A DNA stretch of 64,000 nt from a virus (Duplodnaviria > Caudoviricetes): IMG/VR virus record IMGVR_UViG_3300026522_000022, positions 1-64,000 of that record; one strand, 5' to 3'. Shown here in pieces: positions 1 through 8,241 of this stretch. Numbering within the stretch: position 1 is the first letter of the stretch; every line of letters starts with the position of its first letter. A model generated the notes under the pieces. The model was given only the letters and a program-made list of their open reading frames with translations. It was not told the DNA's origin and made no database searches. Position numbers and translations under genes: made by a program.

Positions 1-177
1 CAGACTCCTCGTGAACCTACCCGCCCTTTGGTCTGAGCGTCGTCCCTTTCCTTACAATGTCATAATAGCAAAACCCCTTGCGCATTGCAAGGGGTTTAGC
101 GAAAATATTTTAAAAATTCTCCTTTCGTCGGTGAGTGGTTGGGCGGGGTAGGGCTTGCGCCCTACCCCTTGCAGTGG

Positions 178-525
178 CTAGGCCACCTTGTAAGAAACCT
201 TACGACCGTCAACAATCTTAACAATCTTGCCAACCTCAACGCCGAGACGCATAACAGCAGCCGCCTTTTGCGTCGTGAGGATACCGCGCACATGCTCCGT
301 GAGCCACTTAGCATTAACCTCATTGTTGCCCATCGCGGTAACAGCGGCATCTACAAGGGCGAGATTCTCAATCCTAGCCTTAGACGGGGCATCGGACTTC
401 TTGCGAGGCTTCGTGATGGATTCATGCATCTTGTTAAGCACCTCAACAACCTCGGGGTTGTTTGCGCACTGCTCAATCGCGAACTCAAGAGCCATAGCAC
501 GGGTAATGGTGTTCTGCTTCGTCAT
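178..525 (-). CDS. small early protein with probable C-terminal winged-helix DNA-binding region
   Basis: 115 aa; own promoter TTGACA(618-613)-N17-TATAAT(595-590); basic C-terminus TQKAAAVMRLGVEVGKIVKIVDGRKVSYKV looks wHTH-like (inference). Confidence 0.8.
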   Translation of the reverse strand: MTKQNTITRAMALEFAIEQCANNPEVVEVLNKMHESITKPRKKSDAPSKARIENLALVDAAVTAMGNNEVNAKWLTEHVRGILTTQKAAAVMRLGVEVGKIVKIVDGRKVSYKVA

Positions 526-1082
526 GGTAAACCTACTTTCTGCCTTTCGGCGGTTTGTTGAAAAGCCCCTTTAGCTTTTCTGTATCTTAATTATACCTTG
601 TCGATTTTGGAGTGTCAAGAACTTTTTTTAACTTTTTTTCGTCGTGCGGGATAGGGAAACGCCCAGCTACCCCGCACGCTACTCTTTGTTTTTCAAAGTC
701 CCCTTGTTCCTTTCAACAATGCTATTGTCTCATGGTTTGCCCCTGCCGTCAAGGGGTTTTTCAGTATTACTTTAAAAAGTTTCGTAACACCCATGCATTT
801 ACATCCGTCTATTGGATGGAAAAGTTAGGCGTGCCTAACTTGTTTAGTCTCTCCCTCCCTCCCTCCCTTGATATGATAGCATAGGTTTTGAGCAATTGCA
901 ATAGGTTTTAGGAAAAAACTTTTTTTAAATTTTCGCCGATTTTTGCTTGACTTTTTCTGCGGGGTGTGTTATAATTTTTTCGCCCTCACAGGGCGTCATT
1001 TCTATTATAGCACACTTCCAAGAGAAAAGCAATAGCTTTTTCAAAAATTTTTGTAAAAAAATAACCCCTTGCGGGGTTATTT

Positions 1083-1148
1083 TTACATGTTGGCGACAAA
1101 CCAAAACGAAAAGATGGTTACGCACATAAGCCAAATAATCTCATCCAT
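1083..1148 (-). CDS. 21-aa hydrophobic peptide MDEIIWLMCVTIFSFWFVANM
   Basis: Own promoter TTGCAA-N17-TAAACT, RBS GAAAGGGG, followed by hairpin AAAATAACCCCGCAAGGGGTTATTTT; below the ORF-track cutoff. Confidence 0.65.
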   Translation of the reverse strand: MDEIIWLMCVTIFSFWFVANM

Positions 1149-1197
1149 TGCAAACCCCTTTCGTCTTTGTCTTTCCTACAATGTTAGTTTAGCACCG

Positions 1198-1671
1198 TTA
1201 CGCCGTCATTGCAAGCACTTTTTCAAGATTTTTCAAAAGATTTGCGGTGTCGCTTGCGTCGATGGTAAAGTTTTCCTCGGTGTACTTTTCCCATGCCTTG
1301 CGAACTTGCGCGTTATCATCTACGAGAATAGAGCCGCGAACTTTTGCGGTGGTATGTTTGCTAGTCCCATACTTTACTACATGAAACTCACTAACGCAAG
1401 GCAGATTGTTTTTAATCCATGCCCTTTTTGCTTTGCGCGTCTCTTTGTTGTACTCTTTAGTACCATGCTTAGCAGACCATGAAATAACGCCAATAACATA
1501 CCCAATAGCAATGAACTTGTCAAGGATAGAATTAAGTTTATCCATGTTAACAAGCGGCATAGCATCAACATAGGGCGAAACGTCGCAAGCGTTCAACTTG
1601 TTTTCCCAATCGGGCACATTGTACAGGTCTGCAATCGTTCCGTCCATGTCAAAGTAAATCGCCTTGGTCAT
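1198..1671 (-). CDS. HAD-superfamily 5'-nucleotidase-like protein
   Basis: Motif I FDMDGT and motif IV ILVDD; promoter TTGACA-N17-TAAACT, RBS GAAAGGGG. Confidence 0.85.
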   Translation of the reverse strand: MTKAIYFDMDGTIADLYNVPDWENKLNACDVSPYVDAMPLVNMDKLNSILDKFIAIGYVIGVISWSAKHGTKEYNKETRKAKRAWIKNNLPCVSEFHVVKYGTSKHTTAKVRGSILVDDNAQVRKAWEKYTEENFTIDASDTANLLKNLEKVLAMTA

Positions 1672-1914
1672 TTTTAACCCCTTTCTTAGTTGGTAATACT
1701 AGTTTAGCATGTGCGGGGCGTGGTGTCAACAAGAATTTTTATTTTATTTTGAGCATAATGAGTTAACCAAAGTTAACTTCTGAGAATCCCCCGACAAGAT
1801 GATAACACATAACCTAGGCCATTACAATAGGTTTTCGGCAAAAAAATTTTTTTAAATTTCTCGCATTTTTCTCTTGACAAGTTGTGGCAGCATGTGGTAA
1901 AATTTTGCGGCCTC

Positions 1915-1934
1915 AGTCGAACATTTGTTCGACT
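1915..1934. promoter_or_regulatory. LexA (SOS/Cheo) box-like palindrome AGTCGAACATTTGTTCGACT
   Basis: Matches the Gram-positive consensus (T)CGAAC-N4-GTTCG(A); lies just downstream of a plus-strand promoter. Confidence 0.75.
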
Positions 1935-1944
1935 TTTGCCTTTC

Positions 1945-2172
1945 TTAGTAGATACCGCGCTTCTTCATTTCTGCATAAGCGGCTTGCATGTGCTTGTAGA
2001 TTTTATTCTTTTCTGCGCGGGTAACGGTGCAATCATCGCTCATGTCGGCATAAAACTTGAGTTCGTCTGCATATTCCTTAGCGGCCTTGAGTTCGTCATC
2101 GGTCATTTTGCTAACGTCGCAAACACCAGCAACCTTGTAGGCGGCTTCTTTGTATTCGTTCGTGTACTTCAT
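1945..2172 (-). CDS. hypothetical early protein (75 aa, MKYTNEY...)
   Basis: Start reassigned to the ATG after RBS GGAAAGGGG and promoter TTGACA-N17-TACAAT. Confidence 0.8.
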   Translation of the reverse strand: MKYTNEYKEAAYKVAGVCDVSKMTDDELKAAKEYADELKFYADMSDDCTVTRAEKNKIYKHMQAAYAEMKKRGIY

Positions 2173-2303
2173 CGTTAACCCCTTTCCTATCCTTTGTTCA
2201 ATTACATTGTAGTGTGCGGCGGCTTGTTTGTCAACCCCTTTTCTCAAAATTTTTGCAAAAAAAATACCCCGCACGCAAGGGGTTAAAACGTGCGGGGTAG
2301 GGG

Positions 2304-3002
2304 TTAGGCAAGTTCTTTGTAGGTGGTTTGAATACGCTGCCACTCCTTATTGTGTAGGCACATGCCAACCGTGCTAGTTTCAAAGTGCTTTTTACGATTG
2401 AAGCACTTCCGCAAAATCTCGCACTCAATAATGCAATCTTCGTGCGCTGTGTGCTTTTCAGTAAAGTTTACATCGTTGGTAATGTAACGATACATAACTT
2501 CTGCGCCGGTCTGAATGTTGCTAACCGTGGTAATGTAACCGTTATCAATGCAAAACTTGATATAGGTATTCGTGCCGAGAACGCTCATAGCAGCGTGCCA
2601 AATGTCAAGAGTTGCAATGTCACCAGCGAAAAAGTTATCATAGCCAAACATTTTAGCGGTCTTGTCAAGATGGTTCACATCAAACGCGATATTGTACGCA
2701 CAAACCGTGCAATTGTAATGCTCAATTAGGCTGTTAATCCTATTGCGAATGTAGGCAAAATCTGCCACATTAAAACCGCCCTTGTTCTGCCACAAATCAA
2801 AGTAATACTTACCAATCTTGTCACGGGTAAAGCGGTCATTGAACATGTCAAGCATAGCGGGATTGTTGATAAATTCACTCACAACATAGCTACCATGTGC
2901 GCTGCAATTGCCCTTGCGGTCAATGAGACGATAGCCAATGTCAAAAACATAGTCGCCGCAAGTCTCCGTGTCAATTACCATGTAATATTTCTTGTTGCTC
3001 AT
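2304..3002 (-). CDS. DEDDh 3'-5' exonuclease (DnaQ-like)
   Basis: ExoI IDTET, ExoII AYNIAFD, ExoIII HTAHED; start MSNKK after RBS; own promoter. Confidence 0.9.
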   Translation of the reverse strand: MSNKKYYMVIDTETCGDYVFDIGYRLIDRKGNCSAHGSYVVSEFINNPAMLDMFNDRFTRDKIGKYYFDLWQNKGGFNVADFAYIRNRINSLIEHYNCTVCAYNIAFDVNHLDKTAKMFGYDNFFAGDIATLDIWHAAMSVLGTNTYIKFCIDNGYITTVSNIQTGAEVMYRYITNDVNFTEKHTAHEDCIIECEILRKCFNRKKHFETSTVGMCLHNKEWQRIQTTYKELA

Positions 3003-3312
3003 TGTTAAACCTTTCTGTTTGTCCCCTTTGACAATACAAATACTACTCTTTGCGTTTGGTGTTGTCAATACCTTTTCGGAAAATTTTTTATTCTACTTTT
3101 GGAACAATGTTTGTCAAAAAAAAGTTAACCGCGGCTAACAAATTTTTTCGGTCGAGTTAGGCTTGGTTAACTTTTTCTTTTTTTTAAAAGCACACACTTC
3201 GCTATCTCGCAAGCCCCTTACGTTGAGGCTGTCCGAACTTCTATGTTCTACGAATATTATAAAGGGGTTGCGCTTGCGCGTCAACCCCTTTTTGCGAGTT
3301 TTTTAAAATTTT

Positions 3313-3573
3313 TTACCAGCGAATAATTATTTGTTTAATCATCCAATGGTCTTTTACATCGTAACCAGCCGAGCGAAGTTCAAAGACAATTTCTTGCTTT
3401 TCGTTTGCAGTTAATCCGTCATAGTTCATCGTGTGTGCATAATCCCAAAGAAACCATTTAAAGCCATCTTTTGCACGTGCAATAATAGCCTTTTCAAGAT
3501 AATTCATAGTTTCATCTTTTGCGTGATTTTGATAACCGTTTGCAATGCGGTTGGCTTCAGTAGCAGTAAACAT
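3313..3573 (-). CDS. hypothetical early protein
   Basis: 86 aa, RBS GAAAGGAG, upstream TTGACA promoter. Confidence 0.8.
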   Translation of the reverse strand: MFTATEANRIANGYQNHAKDETMNYLEKAIIARAKDGFKWFLWDYAHTMNYDGLTANEKQEIVFELRSAGYDVKDHWMIKQIIIRW

Positions 3574-3810
3574 CTTTTCTCCTTTCGTGCTTGTCCCCTT
3601 TGGACAATTACATTATTACATCATGGAACGCGCGTGTCAAGAGAAATTCCAAAAAAGTTAGAAAAATCTTTATGTTTTTTTGAGAATAATACTGGCCGCA
3701 CTTTCCCCGAACTTTCTCAAGTAGTTGGCTTGGGGTATTACCTTGCTCAACCTTGCAACTATAGAATAAACCCCTCAACAATGTTTGTCAAGGGGTTTGC
3801 CGCAACTTTT

Positions 3811-4089
3811 TTAAATCCATGCTTCAATTATATCATTAGCGGTTAGCCACCCCTCAACTTCATCACCGTAATAATTATTCAAATGAACGGGCGGCATTGA
3901 CTCCAATAGACCCTCATTCCAACCATAAGAAACGCCAACCCCATAAATAACAGAGCATTTCTCCCCATACTTGTTAATAAACTTAGTGCGGGTAATGCCT
4001 GTATTATCGCTAATAATAGTAGAATCATCATACCATTCTATTCCTGCGGTAGTCAAGCCCTCACGCAGCGCCCGCATTTCCTTATTCAT
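3811..4089 (-). CDS. hypothetical protein (C-terminal VEGWLTANDII)
   Basis: 92 aa, RBS GAAAGGA. Confidence 0.8.
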   Translation of the reverse strand: MNKEMRALREGLTTAGIEWYDDSTIISDNTGITRTKFINKYGEKCSVIYGVGVSYGWNEGLLESMPPVHLNNYYGDEVEGWLTANDIIEAWI

Positions 4090-4114
4090 TATTTTATCCT
4101 TTCTCTTGGAAAAA

Positions 4115-4288
4115 TTAAAAGATTATGCTAAACCAAATCAACATAGTTATTGTACCACAGACCAACAGAATTGTAAAGAGAATAATTTTTGCCGGAATAG
4201 TCATAGCATCATAATAATTATTGTTCATGTAGTTAAACCACGAAAATACCAACATTGTAACACATGTTAGAATAATAGCCCATAACAT
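4115..4288 (-). CDS. small 2-TM membrane protein (57 aa, MLWAIILTCV...)
   Basis: Translated by hand; two hydrophobic stretches; closely follows the upstream ORF. Confidence 0.7.
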   Translation of the reverse strand: MLWAIILTCVTMLVFSWFNYMNNNYYDAMTIPAKIILFTILLVCGTITMLIWFSIIF

Positions 4289-4290
4289 AA

Positions 4291-4467
4291 TTATACCCCA
4301 ATCGAAAGCAGTACAATACTAACACAAACAACCCCAACAATGCAACCAACAAATTGCATAACATAACCCTTGCGCCAATAATACCACACACCTAGGCCGC
4401 AAGCAAAATAAAAAAACCAAAGGGAAAGCCAACCAATCATCCAGACGAACATTTGTACGGTGCTCAT
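4291..4467 (-). CDS. small membrane protein (58 aa, MSTVQMFVWM...)
   Basis: RBS GGAAAGGGG, promoter TTGCCT-N17-TATAAT; hydrophobic and Trp-rich, all TGG. Confidence 0.75.
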   Translation of the reverse strand: MSTVQMFVWMIGWLSLWFFYFACGLGVWYYWRKGYVMQFVGCIVGVVCVSIVLLSIGV

Positions 4468-4791
4468 AATTTATCCCCTTTCCTTAACTTCTATTAAAAT
4501 TATAGCACATAATTTAGTATCAGGCAAGAAGAAATTTTTTATTTTTTTCTAAATTTCCCCTTGACTTTTCTTGCGAACTGTGGTAAAATTTTTCGCCCGC
4601 AAGCGGGCGAGCTTTATTACTATTATGTTTACTAATTGAAAAATATTTAAATCAATAACGCGAAAAGGCTTGACGTGCCTATCGTTGATAGTGTACAATG
4701 GACTTGTCCAAAGGTAAGAAATAGGACAGCGCACGATAGGCTGGCGGTAAACCTAGGGATGCGGTTGGCCACAGTGTAGCCTTAAAAAGTC

Positions 4792-4888
4792 TTACATACG
4801 TAAAGGCTTACACTTGTAAAATTAAACTTGATAGGTGCAGTATAGTTTTTCGGCCAACTATGACATTTGTAATGGTTTACATTTGTAA
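4792..4888. repeat. four TTACA-N2-TGTAA-like palindromes in two pairs with 16-bp periodicity
   Basis: Copies start at 4792, 4808, 4861, 4877. Confidence 0.7.
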
Positions 4889-4970
4889 AAGTTTAGCCTA
4901 AAGAAAAACCCCGGTGCCCGCAGGTCCGGGGTTTAGCGTGTTCTAATCACGCTCCAATATTTTCCTTTCT

Positions 4971-5177
4971 TTAGCCGACCTCCGGGCCGTAGTAGTAAAG
5001 GCACATAGCCGCGTCCTCGACGAAGTTCTCGGACAGGCCGAACTTGTTGGCGTAGTACTCGACGAAGTGCTCATACCCGTCGTAGTCCTCAGTCTCGTAG
5101 CACTTGGCGATGCGGGCGATAGCGCGGTCAAAACGCGGGTCGTTGATGTAGTTCCTGTTCACGTTCAGCTTCGTCAT
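4971..5177 (-). CDS. hypothetical early protein with GC-rich codon usage
   Basis: 68 aa, RBS GAAAGGGG, promoter TAGACA-N16-TATAAT. Confidence 0.8.
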   Translation of the reverse strand: MTKLNVNRNYINDPRFDRAIARIAKCYETEDYDGYEHFVEYYANKFGLSENFVEDAAMCLYYYGPEVG

Positions 5178-5464
5178 TTTTAACCCCTTTCATATCTTTA
5201 ACCTTACAACTCTATTATAGTCCTTTGATTGCGGCTGTCTAGTAGTTTTGCGATATCTTCACATAATCTTCATAACTCTATTGCACTAAAGTATTAAAAA
5301 AACTTTTAATAATAGTTCGCTCAAACCTATTGCATTCACTCATTCACTCTGGTAGACTACTAGATAGAGAGAAGGGAGAGAGCAATGGTCAGATGAGCAA
5401 CATACTACCTGGGTCGTGCCCATACCTTAGAGCATTGCGGGAGACGGTACTCTGTCTTGAATAC

Positions 5465-5479
5465 AGAACATTTGTTCGA
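5465..5479. promoter_or_regulatory. second LexA box-like site AGAACATTTGTTCGA
   Basis: GAAC-N4-GTTC core identical to the 1915 site; intergenic. Confidence 0.65.
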
Positions 5480-5550
5480 TAAAAAAGTTAACCACGGTTA
5501 ACTTTTTTCACGGCCTCATAGGGCCGTTACCCAGTAAGGCCCTTGGTGGC

Positions 5551-5820
5551 TTACTCTATCAACAGTAGGCCATCATCAAACGATAGCACATAATACACGC
5601 TATCATACAATAGCTCATCATAGTCCTCTAGGCCATAATCTTGCGCCACATCATTAGGCGTGTGGTCTGGCCCTGTCTCTTCCCAATGAATAAAATCATA
5701 CACTTGCGATTCTTTTAGCGAATCAAACAACTCGGGCAGCTCGTCAACTACTGCATCAAAGACATGCGCAGGCAGCGCATCAACCAACGCCCGCACAGCC
5801 GCACCGCTATAGATAGACAT
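5551..5820 (-). CDS. acidic hypothetical protein
   Basis: 89 aa, Asp/Glu-rich, RBS AAGGAG. Confidence 0.75.
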   Translation of the reverse strand: MSIYSGAAVRALVDALPAHVFDAVVDELPELFDSLKESQVYDFIHWEETGPDHTPNDVAQDYGLEDYDELLYDSVYYVLSFDDGLLLIE

Positions 5821-5821
5821 G

Positions 5822-6040
5822 TTACAACTCCTTTTCTACTTGATTACCTTTTCCAAAAACGAATATGTGACACATACCCCGCACCATATCCTCAGCAACT
5901 ATCTTATCCTTGGGGTGTGCCATCATAACAGTGTTACATATCATGGCAATAGTGTGCTCCTTGTAGTAAGGTGTCACATACCCCGCATATCGCTCAAGCA
6001 ACTCACTAGCCATCTGCTCAACCATGTCATAAGTAACCAT
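5822..6040 (-). CDS. hypothetical protein (MVTYDMV...)
   Basis: Start after RBS AGAAGGGA; abuts the next gene. Confidence 0.7.
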   Translation of the reverse strand: MVTYDMVEQMASELLERYAGYVTPYYKEHTIAMICNTVMMAHPKDKIVAEDMVRGMCHIFVFGKGNQVEKEL

Positions 6041-6147
6041 TATGTTATCCCTTCTATTGGATAGATGTAACACACACAACACAACACACACATGCGCACA
6101 GTGTACGCACTAGGCGCGACGCTTGCGCCGCGCCTAGCCGCCCCGCC

Positions 6148-6396
6148 CTACCAGACAGGGACGAGGTGGCCGTCGCGCACTTCGGCGAGGGACATATACA
6201 TTGCCCCATCGCCCTTGGGCGTGTAGATGTACGCGCCCCACTGCTGGCCCTTGGGCAGCGGCTCACTCATGCGAGCGATGGCCTCGGCCTCGGAAGCGCA
6301 ACGCTGCTCAGCGTTGGGCATCTCGACATAACCCTTGGCCTTCTTGTCATAGGCGAAGATGGTGACGGCAAAGAGCTTGTTGGTGGTGGTGGTCAT
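6148..6396 (-). CDS. hypothetical protein, first gene of the minus-strand early region, GC-rich codons
   Basis: MTTTTNKLF..., RBS GAAAGGA, promoter TTGCAC-N17-TATAAT at about 6432-6460. Confidence 0.8.
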   Translation of the reverse strand: MTTTTNKLFAVTIFAYDKKAKGYVEMPNAEQRCASEAEAIARMSEPLPKGQQWGAYIYTPKGDGAMYMSLAEVRDGHLVPVW

Positions 6397-6759
6397 GGCG
6401 TGCGTCCTTTCTCTCAACTGCTTACATGTACATTATAGGGGATGCGGTCACGCTGTGCAATACCTTTGAGCAAACTTTCTTGAAAATCTTTTGTCGTGTG
6501 TCAGCTTCGGATTTCAGCTCGTTCACGGTCGATTGAATTGCTCCATGCATCGCAAGCCTTGCGCGGCGTGCCTTTGCGTGTCGCTGCGCTGGCAAGACGG
6601 GGGGGCCGCATGGTCATGCCGTCCGTGGGGCCGCGAGGGGTGTCCGCACCCTTTGGCACTTCATCCACCTACAAGGTACTCCTCTGCGGTGACCGGACAA
6701 CCCGCGGGTGTGTCCTAGGACCAGCGTCCCTGCGATCCGCCCTCGCTCTTTGCCTCATC

Positions 6760-6822
6760 CAACACACGTTCCAAATCAATTTTCAAATCCGCAACCCACG
6801 TTCCAAGTCAAATTTCCAATCC
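6760..6822 (+). repeat. 31-bp imperfect tandem direct repeat
   Basis: CAACACACGTTCCAAATCAATTTTCAAATCC / CAACCCACGTTCCAAGTCAAATTTCCAATCC (4 mismatches). Confidence 0.8.
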
Positions 6823-7015
6823 ATAATCTTAAATATATTATACTAAAAATTTTTCTGACCTGCAACTGTAATTTTTTCGGCGATTTCGAGGAAAGCTCCC
6901 TCGGGTAAAAAACAATTATCGTTTACTATCGAAATTTAGTATCATATGAAACGTGATAAATCTTTCCAAAAAAATTTGACCTACGGCTATTTTTTTCAAC
7001 TTCATTGAAAAAAAT

Positions 7016-7045
7016 TTGACAAGTCAAAGAAAAACATGATATAAT
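7016..7045 (+). promoter_or_regulatory. sigma70-type promoter
   Basis: TTGACA-N18-TATAAT with extended TG. Confidence 0.75.
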
Positions 7046-7083
7046 ATCTTTGTAAGATGAAATAAATCAGTATAGGAGTGTAT

Positions 7084-8184
7084 ATGCAACTTGACTACAC
7101 CTTAACCACTCCGCAAGAAAGAATTGAGTGTGTTAACAAATTAATTGCAGAGACTCCTGACGAAAAGCTTACCCCACAATATTTAAATTATATGTCCAAT
7201 TATATTTTATTTACACAAGATAAAAATCAAACTAAAAAGGAGAAAAAATCAGAATATCCTACATTAACAAAAAATCGTGAAGTAACAATTAATAAACGTC
7301 AGGTATCATTTGAAGAAATAGTCTCTAACTTAGAAAATGGCGAAGATGGTCTTTACGCCATGATTAATAATGATAAGAATCAAATTCTTGATCCTAAAGA
7401 CCCAATTACCCAAGAAGAAATCTCTACCATTCCCGGCATGCGGGGATTAATGGATACAATTAACACTCTTCAAAATCAATTTCAAAAAGCAAAGGGCTCC
7501 GCACGTTATATTTTAAAACGTTCTATTATTGAAACATGACAACAAGCCTATCTTCTTAAAGCATCCTGAAAAGGTGCGAACGGCAAGATGAAATCCTCTC
7601 AAATTAAAACTCTTGCCAAACTAGATTTAGAAGAGCACATAACCTTCAATGAAGAAGGAATGCCAGTGTCCTCCGCACTTCTTTCTCTTCTAAATCCAGA
7701 ACATATATCTTTTCTTCTCTGCTATTATCCTAAACTTAAAGAAGAATGTTGAGACGACCTTCAATGCGATATGCATTGACTTTTAGTGGACTTAGAAAAT
7801 CTTGCGGAACGCGTGCTTTTAGAAGATTATCCTCTTCTCTACGATCTAATTATCTGAAAAGTAGATGGTCTTACAAATGAACAAATTCAAATTGAAATGG
7901 ATCGCAAATATGGTGAATGACACTCTGAACAATATTATTCATCACTTTGGCGTAAACGTATCCCACGTTTACTCGCGGAACAAGCTCAAAAAGATTATTT
8001 AATTTGATATTATACAAATATAGAAAAAGGTTATTGGAAGAAATGCACAAAATGCGGGGAGATCAAATTAGGTCACCCGGCTTTCTTCTCCAAAAATTCA
8101 TCTAAAGATCATTTTTATAGTCAATGTAAAGATTGTAAAAATGGTAAAACAGATAAAAAGAAGAATAAAAATAAAAAGAAATAA
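7084..8184 (+). CDS. HTH plus C-terminal Zn-ribbon protein, putative regulator (code 4, 366 aa)
   Basis: Open through 7 in-frame TGA to TAA; ends KCTKCGEIK...QCKDCK; HTH-like WKVDGLTNEQIQIEM. Confidence 0.8.
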
Positions 8185-8191
8185 TCTTACT

Positions 8192-8218
8192 AAAGCAGCG
8201 CTTTTAGCGCTGCTTTTT
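8192..8218 (+). terminator. intrinsic terminator
   Basis: AAAGCAGCGC-TTTTA-GCGCTGCTTTTT. Confidence 0.75.
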
Positions 8219-8241
8219 CATATCCAAAAGGAGGTAAAAGT

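Larger units (their letters stand above)
822..5508. repeat. five copies of an 18-bp palindrome, approximately AGTTARSC-NN-GSYTAACT
   Basis: 822-841, 1761-1778, 3123-3140, 3155-3172, 5486-5503; all intergenic. Confidence 0.8.
55..6460. promoter_or_regulatory. dense array of sigma70-type promoters (about 16 minus-strand, about 5 plus-strand)
   Basis: Near-consensus -35/N16-18/-10 pairs. Minus -35 near 90, 618, 752, 902, 1032, 1214, 1729, 1827, 2234, 3068, 3284, 3640, 3791, 4527, 5242, 6460; plus -35 at 947, 1874, 4561, 4670, 5330. Confidence 0.8.

Noticed and set aside
4446-4460. Third LexA-like site CGAACATTTGTACG
   Set aside because: Mismatched core and lies in coding sequence (VQMFV); likely chance
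139-6908. Plus-strand track ORFs in the early region (e.g. 139-561, 1069-1482, 3433-3846, 6496-6846)
   Set aside because: Shadows of minus-strand genes or spans of promoter arrays; no RBS or protein-like composition
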